From Azolla caroliniana (Eukaryota > Plantae > Polypodiophyta), in assembly GCA_043228905.1 (NCBI GenBank), contig JBHGNT010000006.1, positions 21,886,001-21,950,000 on the forward strand: a stretch of 64,000 bases of DNA, in the 5' to 3' direction. The position numbers were made by a program, and so were the translations under genes. Under the pieces are notes generated by a model, which worked only from the letters and a program-made list of their open reading frames with translations, was not told the DNA's origin and made no database searches. Positions within the stretch are counted from its first letter, which is position 1, and every line of letters starts with the position of its first letter. This document shows positions 1 through 12,655 of this stretch, in pieces.

Positions 1-142
1 GTTCTTTTTTTCGCTATGTTTTCATAAACCACATACACATGCGCCATGCCTTGTTGAAATTCTGCTTAAATAAGGCATTTTTTAACATCTCACTAAGATA
101 TGAAAAAGAGAATGCGACATATTACCTGTTTCAAATGACCCG

Positions 143-720
143 GTGTTGTTCGGATTGCCCAAATTTAGTGGCCGGAAGGCACAAATTTGTGAAGCCTGCC
201 AGCTTGGGAAGCAACACCGACTTCCCTTCCCCAACGAGCGTAACCAGAGCCAGAACAAGCTCGACGTGATACACTCCGATGTGTGGGGGCCGGCGCAAAA
301 CGTTAGTCTTGGCGGGAGCCGATATTTCGTCTCCTTCATCGACGACTACACGCGGCACACATGGATCTACCTCATCGAGAGGAAGAGCGAAGTCTTTGAC
401 TGTTTCTGGGACCTCAAAGGGTTCGTGGAAACGGAAACAGGAAGAAAGATCAAGTGCCTACGGTCGGTTGGCGGAAAAGAATACTTTTCCAGTCAATTCA
501 ACGGTTATCTACAACATATGGGAATTCGGCGGGAATTCAGTTGTAGATACACGCCGGAGCAAAACGTTGTGGAAGCGGCACGGGCAATGCTAGAGGAGAA
601 GAGCTTGCCCAAATTCTACTGGGCTGAGGCGGTAAGGACCGCGGTATACATCCTGAACCGGATCGGAGACAAAGTGTCGGCGCACGAGCTATATTTCGGA
701 ATAAAGCCGAACTTGCGACA
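143..720 (+). mobile_element. Ty1/Copia fragment: GAG-pre-integrase and integrase core, truncated on both sides
   Basis: ORF 143-745 has CEACQLGKQHR, LDVIHSDVWGP, YFVSFIDDYTR and YWAEAVRTAVY motifs. Close homolog of the integrase at 63450-64000 (minus) but lacks about 9 codons (GVAERKNRT). Confidence 0.93.
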
Positions 721-1253
721 CTCGAAACACACACATTGTTGCTAACCGCTTTCAGAACCACGCACATTGACACCTTGACTAGCACAAAACGTTGTTTCCA
801 TTTCTCGTCCACTCGCACATACTTTCGCCGAACATTGTCGTCGTCATTTGCACGTTTCCGCCATTTCTTGCACTTAGTTGCTATGGCTTGCCCATCCGCA
901 TATCATTCTTCGACTTCATCTCCAAAGGGGGGTCACCTTAGTGGTCACGTTGTGGTCGCCAAAAGGTGTTATTTGGTTTTAGGGTTAGGGTTAAGGACGA
1001 TGATAATCATGATAAAGATAGACATGGTGGTTATGATGATGATGGAGAGTATGGGATTGATGGCGAGAGAGATCATGTGCATTGAGAAACATTGCGGGGT
1101 GGGGGGTGGTGCCTAGAATGGCTCCACCCCCCTCCCAAGGGGATTCAACGTTGAGGGGGAGAGAGAGAGAGATTAAGAGAGAAATGTTCATTCATGTTTC
1201 ATTCATTCCCCATAAGGGGTTAAATAGTACAAGAGGGGGTAGATACATAGGGG

Positions 1254-1501
1254 TGTAAGCCCCCTCGAGCATTCATACTAGACACTCACTCACACCTCCT
1301 CGTATCCATCCACATGCACACACGTGTGCATGTGTTCACATACGTATAGCCTCACAATTACATTTATGTCCCCTACACATACACAACAACATCATGATAA
1401 CATTCGACCCTCGCTCATCACACTTGACTCTCCGTACATCTCGTACGGGGTAACACAATATGGCACGCCCGTGGGAAAATGCCTTGCACGTCGATCCCAC
1501 A
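1254..1501 (+). mobile_element. Putative LTR remnant plus tRNA-Arg-type primer binding site (Gypsy, Tat/Ogre-like)
   Basis: TGTAAGCCCC...GGGGTAACA termini, then TGGCACGCCCGTGGGA at 1461. 1460-1501 matches the reverse complement of 13596-13637 at 38/42 nt. The LTR boundaries are uncertain. Confidence 0.5.
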
Positions 1502-2089
1502 TGCCTTGATGATGATATTTCTTCGACCAAAACTTCCATCGGTCCTTTCATTGATCGACTCCCTCGATCGGAGTGCTTGACTCGAACATCTTTGTCAGTC
1601 AGCGATTCTTCTGCGACACGAACATTCTCATTCTGTCGACTTACGAACTTTGGTAACATTATTTGGGTCATCAAAAAACATTGTATGTATGTGTGTTCTT
1701 TTTTGTATCTTGTGAGTCACGTGTGGATCACATCCATTTCTTTTAGGTTGATGAGTTTTTGAAATTCTGTTGGTGCCTTTCAGTTTTGAAAATTCTAGTA
1801 TGTACCCTCATGTTTTTTAAAATTTTGCACATGCCCTTAGGTTTTTTTCGAAATTCCTTGGATGCTTTTTATCCTACTCTTTTTCTCCCACTCTTTTTTC
1901 TGTTTTCTCTTCTTTCTCTTCCTGTATGCGGATCTCGTCTTGTCTCTGTCAGAGACAGTTCTTGTTTCTCTCTTCTTCTTCTGCGACCACCACTATTTCT
2001 TCGTTGTGTGTCCATTGCTTATTCTATGTTTTTCCATTGTTCAGCACATCCAATCACTGCCACTTCATCCGACAGCCTTCTTACAATCG

Positions 2090-2700
2090 GACCGCCAGTT
2101 TGGCCGCTCTAGCCATTGTCTGGTTGCTCCCTGCCGTCGTCTCTATCACCGTCTTTGTCCAACATGTCTCTATTTCCGTCTCTGGCTCCATTGTCGTTGC
2201 TGTCTCCATCTATTGTCATTGGCTTACTTCTCTATCGTCGTCAACGGCCTTGTTGGCCGAGGTTCATTGCTTGGCTGCTCTATTCGGTCTTCATACGGAT
2301 GACGTTAGACTGCCGTTATGGCCGTTGTTGTCCGGCCATTCAGGCTCTCCGGCTCCTGTTTGGCCGCTCCCGACCATTCTGTGCGCTCCGACTATTGTCC
2401 AGTCAGTTTGGCCGCTCCGACTGTTATCTGGCCAGTTTGGCCGCTCTTCGTTTTCTGATCCGGTAGTCCTATTTGGCCCATTTCGACGTGTCTATAGTCG
2501 TTGCTCATCCGTCTTTGTTCGGGCCTGTCTGGACACTCCGGCCGCTTCTCCATCTCTGTCCCGTGTCGCCATTCTGGTTGTTATCAACCGTTCTTCCGCT
2601 CCTATCCGGCCACACTGGCTTCTCTTTTGCCGCTGTGCGGCCACATTGGCCACTTTTGTGCATGCCAGCCGCTCATCCGGATGTCTGTCCATTGTCTTTT
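2090..2700. repeat. GC-rich degenerate repeat region built on a (T)TTGGCCGCTC motif, probably a retroelement UTR
   Basis: TTTGGCCGCTC or variants recur near 2100, 2360, 2408 and 2437. Confidence 0.5.
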
Positions 2701-2939
2701 GGCTGTGCGTCTGGTCCGTCTTCTCGGTCATCTATCCGGTTCTTTCCTACCCGTTTTCGGTTGTGTCTCTTGAGTCTGTATGCTTCCTTTTCGCCCGTCC
2801 ATTCGTCTCTGTCTGTGCTTGTGCAGTCTAGCTTGTCCGGTTGCCTCATTTTGTTTTGATAGTGTAGTCAGTTGTCCATGTCTTTTGGGTGTTGTTAGTT
2901 TTTCTAGCCGTCAATGTCTTGTCAACGACAACGTCTCCT

Positions 2940-5130
2940 TCTCTATCTACGTTGGCCCTTCTATGTTAACAAACTTTGGGTCCGACTCCCCCTCATCGGT
3001 TAGCAACACATGCTCTACATCCGGAAATCTCCGGGGGGCTCTTCTCTCTCGGAGAGGATATCTCCGACCTTGGTTTTCGGCAATCGGTTCCTCCGTCTGT
3101 TCCTCATCCTCATCTGATTCAGGGTCTTGTCCAGTTCCGGTTTCCACTACCTCTTCTTCTTCTTCTTCGGTTAGTTCGGATTCTCCTCCAAATCCGGCCG
3201 GTTCTTCGAGTGTCATCCCATTACCGGCTAATATCCGGTTTACAACTAGGTACATCCTTGTGCCCTCAAGCTGGTTTTCATTAGAGTTCATCACCTTCAT
3301 CTCCAATTCCTAGTCGGCAATTTTCCTGTCTTCCATGAAGACTATGTCCCGACTCCGGAACACCTTCTTGTCGACCAGATCCCACACCCGGTAACCGAAC
3401 TCATCGTCGTCGTATCCAAGGAATATGCAGGGCTGGGTCTTCGGATCCAACTTTTCTCTCTTGTCCTTCGCAACATGCACATATGTGAAACACCTGAACA
3501 CCTTCAGAACGTGCCAGACTTCTTTCAGCAGCAATTTGCATCCGGTTGATGTCGTCAACAACACATCTCCTATGCCGATAATTCAGCATGTACCTTCATT
3601 CCCCATCCGGACACAACCGTGATCTCCGGCTATGTAGGATGAGAAGCAATCGTCAATATTCCTTTCTAATTCGGGCCTCTCCGGTCTGAACTCTTCTTTG
3701 AATTGGTAGTGCCGGTTTCTTTCTCTTTCTAGAAATGCCAACAGTTCTTCTAGAAGTGCCTCGGTTTCCCACAATAGAAGCAAGCAGGACTCCCCCTTGA
3801 CTTCGACCTCGTCCCCGATTTGTCCCGGTTTGGGGACTCCGATACCGGCCTCTTCCCCGGTTGTGGTCATCTTCCGTAACCAAGGCCTTCGGATCGGTTC
3901 CGGACTCCTGGTCCTTTCGGCGAGCTTCTTCATCTAGGAAGTTTTATTTTACCCTTGCTAGGGACAACTACTTTCCTTCCAGCACGGCATTGCCCAACGT
4001 GACAACTAACGTCTCCCAACTATCCGGGAGGGAACCGAGCAGGAGCAATGTGAGTACCTCATCCGCGAGAGGTACTTCCAACGAGGTGGCTTGGTGTATT
4101 AGCCCTTGGAAGGCATTCATGTGCTCCGTCATACTGGAGCCGTCTTGGTACCAGAGCCTTACTAACTTCCGGAATACCGAAACCCAATTACCGGCATTTT
4201 TGTTCTGGAACATGATGCCAGTCTTCTCATAGAGTTCATGAGCCTTACTTTCTTCATTGAAGTTGTTGTACAGGCTTATATCGATGAAGCACCGGATGTA
4301 TGTCGTCATCTTCATGTGCATCACCTCCCATGTCGCAACATCGATCTTATCCGGTTTCTTGTCCCCGAACTGTACCGTCAACCAAAGATCTTTAACCACT
4401 AGCATGTCCCTCGTCTTCGACTTCCACACTGAGTAGTTGGAGCCGGTGAGCTTGAACATGCCGCCGAATGACTCTTCCATTTCCTGTGTTGTTCGCTCTG
4501 CTACAAGATTGAAAGGAACTAACGCGGAAGTATTGCTCGGCCACAACAGAGTCTTCAATCACTTTAATGAGAATCAAACACAAAAATGGGAAGTAGGGAA
4601 TGAGCGCATGTACATACACAAACAACGATAGAGAGTACACAGGATGTTTACGTGGAAAACCCTAATCGGGGAAAAAAACCATGGGAGCCCACGTACTCCG
4701 AAATATCACTGTATGAGAAGAAATACAAAGTGGAAACATAGAGGCAACGACCTCGTGCTCGCGATCTTCGCCAAACGGTGGTTACAATAGAAAGTCTCTC
4801 TCGTAGCTACTCTCTTGCTCTCTCTCTGTCTATACAACAGTTATACACATACAACAATATGTCAACAACACTTTTCTGTGATTGCCCTAGTTCATATTTA
4901 TACTCATATGAACTTAGGGCTATTTACAAATATAGCCTCAATAGGCTTACTCAAAACATATTTACAAATATGTCTCTCTTCCAGTTCTCACCGGGTCCAT
5001 CCGATCCGATTTCCAAATTTCTTCCGGTTCTCATCGGGTCCATCCGATCCAGTTTTGGATCTCTTTCGGTTCTCACTAGGTCCTCTTTAGTCATAATCGA
5101 ATCCCATCCGGAGGAACCGACTTCCCAACA
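2940..5130 (-). mobile_element. Internally deleted Ty1/Copia element: 5' LTR 4510-5130, gag, zinc knuckle, integrase C-terminus; no RT or 3' LTR visible
   Basis: Gag reads MEESFGGMFKLTGSNYSVWKSK...LLLLGSLPDSWETLVVTL (3968-4480). CFYCGKPRH knuckle near 3780. HLKVFRC.TYVHV..DKREKLDPK..PCIFLGY at 3310-3560. LTR is TGTTGGGAAG...TTTCA on minus, followed by a degenerate Met-i PBS (TTGTAGCAGAGC). Confidence 0.9.
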
Positions 5131-5229
5131 ACATCATACCATAACATTCATATAGTTTGAAGTGCATATGATAAGAAAGCTCTTGGTTGGAGATCCACTT
5201 GATAGTGATATTTAAAGTTCAAACATATT

Positions 5230-5301
5230 GCCTCTATAGCTCAGTGGTAGAGCGTCAGTCTTGTAAACTGAAGGGCTTGAGTTCAATCCTCAGTGGGGGC
5301 A
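5230..5301 (+). tRNA. tRNA-Thr (anticodon UGU), best-preserved copy
   Basis: 72-nt cloverleaf: acceptor GCCTCTA/TGGGGGC, D stem GCTC/GAGC, anticodon arm TCAGT-CTTGTAA-ACTGA, T arm TTGAG-TTCAATC-CTCAG. TATTTAAA and CAA motifs lie upstream. Confidence 0.8.
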
Positions 5302-5514
5302 TTATCTATTGTGTATTTCTCAAAACAACAAGTTGATGGTTTTAAACATCGCACCTATTGCATGTTTCTCAAAACAACAAGTCAAAGGTTTTAAACATCG
5401 TACCATTACATTCATATAGTTTGAAGTGCATATGATAAGAAGGCTCCTGGTTGGAGATGGACTTGATAATTATTATACAAACATTGATATTGATATTTAA
5501 AGTTCAAACATATT

Positions 5515-5586
5515 GCCTCTATAGCTCAGTGGTAGAGCATCAGTCTTGTAAATTGAAGGTCTTGAGTTCAATCCTCACTGGGGGCA
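5515..5586 (+). tRNA. tRNA-Thr(UGU) second copy, slightly degenerate
   Basis: Same 72-nt body, with a G-U pair in the anticodon stem and a T-C mismatch at the base of the T stem. Confidence 0.65.
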
Positions 5587-5725
5587 CTTGTCAACAAGGT
5601 TTCTCAAAACAACAAGTCAAGTTCAATCCCTAAAAATGTTGATAACAAGTGTGTATGAAAAGAAAGCTCTTGGTTCGAGATGGACTTGATATTATCTTAC
5701 TAACATTTTTAATAATGAATATATT

Positions 5726-5797
5726 GCTTCTATAGTTCAGTGGTAGAGTGTCAATCTTGCAAACTGAAGGTTTTGAGTTCAATCCTCAGTTGGGGCA
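5726..5797 (+). pseudogene. tRNA-Thr-derived pseudogene with anticodon changed to TGC
   Basis: Third copy; anticodon loop CTTGCAA, mismatches in the acceptor and anticodon stems, extra G-U pairs in the D stem. Confidence 0.7.
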
Positions 5798-6386
5798 TTT
5801 GTCAACAAGTTTATCCATTGAGTGTTTCTTAGAAAAACAAATCGAAGGTCTTAAACATCATACAATAACATTCGTATACTTCAGATGTTAAAGCCAAGTT
5901 CAATGCCTAAAAACCTTAGTAGATGTCCTTAGCAGGGTCATTTGTCAATAAGATTAAATATATCGCTTCATTGTTTTCAAAGAAACAAGTCGAATGTCTT
6001 ATGTATCGGAAGATAATATTCATATATTTTGGATTTTAAAAGGCAAGTTCAAAGCCTGAAAACCCTTAGTAGACGTCAAAAGACATCATTTGTGGAGTTC
6101 AGATGTGAAAAGACAAGCTCAATGCCTAAAAACCCTTACTAGATGTCAAGAGATGACATTCATGGCATTCAAATGTCCAAAGAATCATTCGATTCCTAAA
6201 TGAAGGCAAGAGCTATTTCTCCATAGGTTTGCAAACTTACATATGACCAAGGAGACATTGACATTGACTCGTAAGTGGCTAATAATATGTTGTTATAAAG
6301 CTATAATCCTCTATTTCTCATCAATTCTTGATCTCTGGTTTGACCATTCTTAGTGAACACAACATTTTAGAAATTTCTAACCCTAT

Positions 6387-7192
6387 TGTTGAGAAGCAAG
6401 CTCAACATGGGCCGGATCGGCTGAACAAGCCGAGAGCCGGATCGGGTGAAGACCGATCGGCTAGGCCTGGATCAGATCCACGAGCCGGATCGGTGAGCCG
6501 GATCCACGAGGGCTCGTAGGCCGTTGGAGGCTTACGATCCTAGCCTAGTAGATAGGCATACTTTTAGGAGTCAATGTCAGTTTCTTAGCTATGAGCATTG
6601 AAGTACATGTCAGTACTTTTGTCAGTCCTTTTGGGGACTTGTATAAAAGTGCTCACACAACACACTTGTATGTATAGATAAAGTATTATTTTGAAATAGT
6701 TTTTTTTGTGTTTTGCTCTCTTTGTGTTTTGTGTTTTGTGTTTTGCTCCCAGGTACTCTCTCTCTCTCTCTCTCACCATTGTTCTCTGCGTTTACCGTTC
6801 TCTGTTGTTGTTCGGTTGAGCTAGTAATGTCTATGTAGCTTCCGCACGCTACTCTTTTCATGGTATTAGAGCGCGAGGGTTTAGAATCCTCTACTACCGA
6901 CAAACGCTAAAACACAGACATACCTTAACACTTGGTTGAGAACAGAAAAGAAGAAGAAAATGGACAAAAGAATGGAAAGATCACTTCCGACGGAGAAACT
7001 CAATCGGAACAACTATGAATCCTGGTCCTACAAGATGCACTAGTACCTACTTGGGCACAGATACTGGAGTTACATGGAAGGAGTGAACAAAGTAGCACCA
7101 AAACCGGCACACATGGATTTTCCGGTGTAGGAGCAAGCAACAACCCGAGTCTTGTACTGCCTTGCATCTTGTGTGCATGATCAGGTGCTAGG
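6387..7192 (+). mobile_element. Truncated Ty1/Copia: 5' LTR (6387-6860), Met-i PBS, gag N-terminus
   Basis: TGTTGAG...TTTTCA followed by TGGTATTAGAGC at 6861. Gag MDKRMERSLPTEKLNRNNYESWSYKMH* is homologous to the gag at 17788. The LTR is homologous to the one at 60179-60636. Confidence 0.88.
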
Positions 7193-8299
7193 TGTTATGG
7201 GCATGACCATATAATATCCCGTGGTGAGAATTTACGATAGTATTCTATACACGTGGATAAAGTGTGAGGCTTAAACGACAATGTAAAGAAGGGGAGGATT
7301 ACTTTTAATCCTCGGGATTGAGACAACCCATTAGGCCAAGTGTGAACTTGCCTGCGGGCCTTAGCTATGGCTACAAATATGACGCCTAGCTACCCTCATT
7401 TGACACATTATCGACTACGTCGAGACTTTGACATTGTGGTGGGTCAACTCTTGTAGCGAGCGCGCCAACACCAAGTACGATTCAACGCCATGGCGGTGGT
7501 ATGGGACGTCGATTGAGGCTCGAGTCCGTCTCGATCCCTTGGCTCAGGGTGGTCGGGTGGATCGGCACACTTCTTTCTCTCTCTCCTTTCTTATTTTATA
7601 TATATTATATCCTTATCATATGCTTACTTTAGATCATAGCTCTAAGAATTGGTATCCGATGCATGTTTCTAATGTTTCTTTTGTTGATTGCTTTTTTTCT
7701 TGTTGGATGACGATCGATTGGTGTACGATCGAGCTTGATCTAAATATCTATCAACAAAGGAACTTTGGTAACTCTTTCTTTCTTTTTTTCTATTCTTTCT
7801 TCTCCCAACCTTATCATGTATAGTCAATATATGTTTTCTTTCATTGATTCAATGTTGTTGTAGTGGTAATTAATTGGTTGTATAAAACGTTTACACATGT
7901 GTACGAGGTTAATACCACATTTGACATATATTTGATATGTGATTCGTGTTGTATACGTACAAGGTTAATTCCTCAATTGCGTATTACGTTCACATACATA
8001 TGTTACGTATACGTATGAGGGGAATACCTCGATTTCTATGTAAATGATATGTGATTGGTGTCGTATGCGTAAGAGGTCAATACCTCAATTGCGTTGTCGC
8101 GTTGTTACGCGCATGCGTATAGAACGAGGCGGGACCACGGGGGTCTTGGACCGAGGAATAACCGATCCGGAGTAGGAGCAAGAAAGACAACGGTCGTGCT
8201 TCCACACACACACACACACAGATACACGGAAACCGCAACCGAATGAAACGATGGAAACGAGACGAATGCGTATATGTGTATATATATATATATATTGAT

Positions 8300-8722
8300 G
8301 AATAAGGGGTTACAACCATTAGGCCGGTGAGCTACAAATCTCCTACGCCTACTCACACGCACATAGAAGAGCGAGATGGAGACTCTGCTGGAAGCACTAG
8401 GGCGTTTCGCGGAGCAGAGTCAGCCTCTCGAAAACCTGCACAGAGCAAATACAGAGAAAGACGGAGGAGAAGAGCTCGGTCCCAGTCCGACAGCACTTCA
8501 TCCTCGACAAAAGCGATCCCTTTACCATTCCTCTCCCTCTCTTTTATAGCCCAAGGAGGGAGGCCGTTACAACTTGTTACATCGTCTTTATTCTCTATCA
8601 TTTCGGACAGAGATATGCCTCAATTTACTACCTATCAAATCCGTGCGACCTAGGATATTCACATCAACCGACTTGTACCTGAATATGTACATTACAACAA
8701 AACTTGTTCCCGCCTCTAAGGG
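8300..8722 (-). mobile_element. Probable LTR fragment with upstream purine-rich tract
   Basis: Minus strand reads CCCTTAGAGGCGGGAACAAG, then TGTAATGTAC, with a TATAAAA box about 150 nt further on. A similar junction occurs at 19813-19862. Confidence 0.35.
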
Positions 8723-10249
8723 CCGGTTCGTGCACATCATTCTCCGATTCCGCCTAGGGACAGTTTTCTCCACGACATCGTATTACGTTCACCCTTATTT
8801 TTGGATATTTTGTGTGCGTAGAGGCTATATGCCTCGATTACGTTTCTCGATTTCATCATTTGTTGGCTATTTTATGTTACGATTTTTTTAATATACGCAT
8901 GTCTGGTCACGTGTGTACGTATTTAAACATATACATGTGATAAACATACATATGTGTATATTAGTTATTACGTGATTTTGTATATCAAATGTTGTCCTTT
9001 TTGGGGAAAGCATTTTGGTGGCCATCGTCACATTTTTCTGAGAATGACTTCGTCACCATCCTTTTTTCAACATTTTTTTTGTTGTCATCCCCGTTGGTCA
9101 CTTTGATTTCGCTACGCGTTATAACAAAAGGGTCATAGCCACAATGATGTTGCGAGCATAGGGCTTGACCCACTTCACGTGAGGTCGCTCCAATGACACA
9201 CATATCCAACATCCCTCCCTCGTTACATGGATACGATGCCACCATAAGATCATCATTACGGAAGGCATTCGTAATGACGTAACTATGTGATGGGCCACGT
9301 GGGCCTACTACGAAAAGAGGGCTCATTTGGTTTGACCATTAGGTTGCACTTTGGCGTATGCCATCGTAATTATGAAACTTGAGGTTGGTAACGTACCAAC
9401 ATAGTTTTGTAGTAAACGAGGGGGAAATAAGGACTCTCGACATATATGTTTTTATTTAGAAAACATATATGGGCAAATGTCTTTGCATATCTCTCATATG
9501 CATAAACATTAAACATTGAAAAGAGCAAACCATTTGGTTAGCTCAAGTGTTTAATGTATTTGTTTTCGAGGTCTCGAGTTCAAATAAGATCAAGACCATA
9601 CAACATTGTTGATACATATGACTATAAAACATGTTTAGACTTCATGTCTAAGTGCAGTTTGGGGTTCTCGTAATAAGACTTAAAGAGCCAAAACCACATG
9701 GGTGGGCACAAAGACATATAATTATTGTTGACATTTTTTGGTGTATAAACTATTCATGATGCGAACATACATGGTTGAGCCTCAGGGAGCCACCATGGAA
9801 AAATCGATATAGAGATCAAGGAAAGACATTCATTTGTCACCCCCATGGTTTTTAAAACACCTTTGTGTTACCATAGTAACCTGATCTTGAACCTCATCTC
9901 ATAGGTCTAGAGGGTATTTATGTGAGATCATGACATCGATTAATGTTTGCCCATGATATGTTTACATCACGACATAATGTTATGACTATTTGTCTGACCT
10001 TATCCTATTTCTTTGCCAGAAATTATCATTCAATGGCTTATAATAACGACTTGATGGCATCCACACAAGCAAAAGGAAATCAAGGAAATCCTCCTACGCC
10101 AATCCCCATTGAGTCATATTTTTTTTAAATACAAAATTCCCTTAATTCAACCTTGCATCAGATGACCGAACTTCAGGAATCTCATAGTGCTCTCGAGACA
10201 CGTGTCATTAGTTTACAACGTGATACCCATAGACCCGATGAGCGTCAAG

Positions 10250-12655
10250 GTGAACCATCATTTGTCATAAAGCCATTTACGGGAGAAAAAAAGGAAAGAA
10301 CCAAATAAGCAATCTGCACGTGGCTAGGCAGATGGGAGTCTCATTTTGAGCTCTATCCCAAGCTAGATAGTACGAAGATTGCATATGTCAGCTGAGAACT
10401 AGGGGGTAAGGCCGCCGCTTGGTGGCGTGGGCTTCGAACTTTGGGGAAATTGCTCGATACTTGGACAGATTTTGTCACAGTTTTCAAGGGCCAATTTCTC
10501 CAACCTCAATCATGAACCGAGGCAGCACAAGCATTAATGAACCTCTCTGGCCGGAAATTTTCCTCGCTAGCAAACTATGTTCACCATGCTAGAACCCAAA
10601 TAAAAAAATCGGGTCTAGAGGGGGTCAATTGGTTGATAGCTTGTTTTGTCAATGACATCCCCAATTCGGACAATCACTAGATAATGCACGATAAGGATCC
10701 CAAATCCTTCGAAGAGGTCGTTGAATAGTTCTTTGCTATCAATGCACTTTGAAGAAGAACCATAACACACCCAACGAAGCGCCCGGGACTAAGCAGTCAC
10801 AATTCGCTGGGAATTGCAAGACACCCAACGAATTCATGGATCGTGATTGTAAGCGACAAAATCCTTTTTGCATATTTTGCAAAAAGAAGGGTCATACAAA
10901 AGAGCAATGTTGAAAACTCCAACGGAAAGAGCACGACAACAAAACCAAAGTTGCAAACCATAAAGGTCAGATTCCTGATATCCTTGAGGTCTATACACAT
11001 CATTTAAGTACTTGCAAATGTTCTTTCTCTCACTATGTATGGGAAGCGGGTATATCAATGGATCTCCCGTACAATTTTTATTTGATATGGGAAGCTCACA
11101 CAACTTTGTGAATGATTCTTTGGTTCAGATATGGGGAATCCAACCCACCATAAGTGATCACACCTGTCAGGTGCACTTGGTTGATGGAAGAGTACAATAC
11201 ATCAACGGGGCGATTGATTCATTAGGAATTTCTATTGATACTTACATAGAGGAAGTAAACTTCCATGTAATGAATCTTTGCGCCACTGATGTAATAATGG
11301 GTTATCCCTGGTTTTTTAATAAAAACTCGTCCTTATCTATTGCTTGGGTTCATCATTCCATTACCTTTGTACTGAATGATTGTACTCATTTTATTCAATG
11401 TGTAAATAAACAATATCTTTCGATTGTTTCTGCTCCATCAATATCGGAGTTGTCTTTATTTTATTGTGTACTTGATCCGAACATTCATGTCTATAATATC
11501 GATAATGTCTCGGGTCAATTATCATATTTTGAACAACAACAACTCGATGAAATCTTTAATGATTTTTGCGATGTTTTTTCGAGTGAACTACCACATGGGT
11601 TACCTCCTAAACGCAATATAGACCATCGTATAGATATTGTACATGGTGTTGCACCAATAAGTATACCTCCTTATCGCTTACGCCGATCCGAAGAGGATGA
11701 GGTATCTAAGCAACTCAAGGACTATTTACGAATGGGTTATATACGTTATAGTAAATCTCCATGGGGTGCACTTGTTCTCTTGATAAAAAAGAAAGAGGGC
11801 ACATGGCGTATGTGTATTAATTACAAACGCTTGAATAAAGTGACGATTAAGAATTCATATCCATTGCCCCGGGCTGACAATCTAATTGAACGTCTCCCTG
11901 AAGCTCGGTATTTTACGAAACATGATCTTCGTACGGGCTGCCATCAAATTTGTATAAGTGAGGAAGATGTTCCTAAAACGACGTTTCGTGCGCGCTATGG
12001 CCATTATGAGTTTTTGGTTATGCCTTTTGGTTTGACCAATGCTCCGGCCACATTTCAATAAGAAATGAATGACATTTTCTGAGAACAACTTAGAAATTCT
12101 GTCGTTATTTTCTTGGATGATATTCTAGTTTATAGACGTACATTAGAAAAACATGCTAAACATGTCTGCTTTGTTTTACAAACATTGTGTGACAAACAAT
12201 GTTACGCGAAAATCTCAAAATGCGAGTTCTTCAAGAAATCAATTACTTATCTTGGATATCTCATAACTGAACAAGGAGTTGAAATTGATCCTTCTTGCAT
12301 CAAGAAAGTCAAACTTTGGCCCACTCTTTGGAATATTCGAGAAGTTCGATCATTCATCGGTTTTTTCAGGTTTTTGCGAAAATGTCTTAGTAATTACTCT
12401 CAATTGACGACATCATTTACTGATCTTCTCAAAGGTCAAACACGTAAGTCTACAAAACCTATTATGTGGAATGCTACACTAGACCTCGCCTTTAAGGAAC
12501 TCAAGGACATGGTTTGCAAAGCTCCTTCACTTCTTTTACCAGATCCTTCAAAAACTTTTTAGGTTGAAACCAATGCAAGCGATTATGCTATATGTGTTGT
12601 CTAATATCAAGATGGTAAACCAATAGCATTTGAGTGTAAGAAACTTGATTCTGCT
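10250..12655 (+). mobile_element. Decayed Ty3/Gypsy element: gag remnant, protease, RT, start of RNase H
   Basis: [12 protein letters not shown] protease motif; [59 protein letters not shown] and FLDDILVY RT motifs. Multiple stops; truncated at KKLDSA. Confidence 0.92.

Larger units (their letters stand above)
5131..6150 (+). repeat. Degenerate tandem array containing the tRNA copies, plus downstream AAGTTCAATGCCTAAAAACC(C)TTAGTAGATGTC repeats
   Basis: Flanks are shared between units (ACATTCATATAGTTTGAAGTGCATATGATAAGAA at ~5144 and ~5408; TTTCTCAAAACAACAAGT several times). Three further repeats near 5897, 6045 and 6115. Confidence 0.75.

Noticed and set aside
974-995. GGTTTTAGGGTTAGGGTTAAGG telomere-like run
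   Set aside because: Too short and degenerate to indicate an interstitial telomere or healed break.
1862-2859. 301-aa and overlapping ORFs
   Set aside because: Low-complexity, A-poor repeat sequence that lacks stops by composition; no recognisable domain.
5131-6150. Repeat-spacer appearance suggestive of CRISPR
   Set aside because: Eukaryotic context, spacers are homologous to each other, the repeats are tRNA copies, and there are no cas genes.
7193-10000. Possible long LTR/UTR belonging to the Gypsy at 10250
   Set aside because: Looks repeat-derived, but I could not establish termini, a PBS or a TSD.
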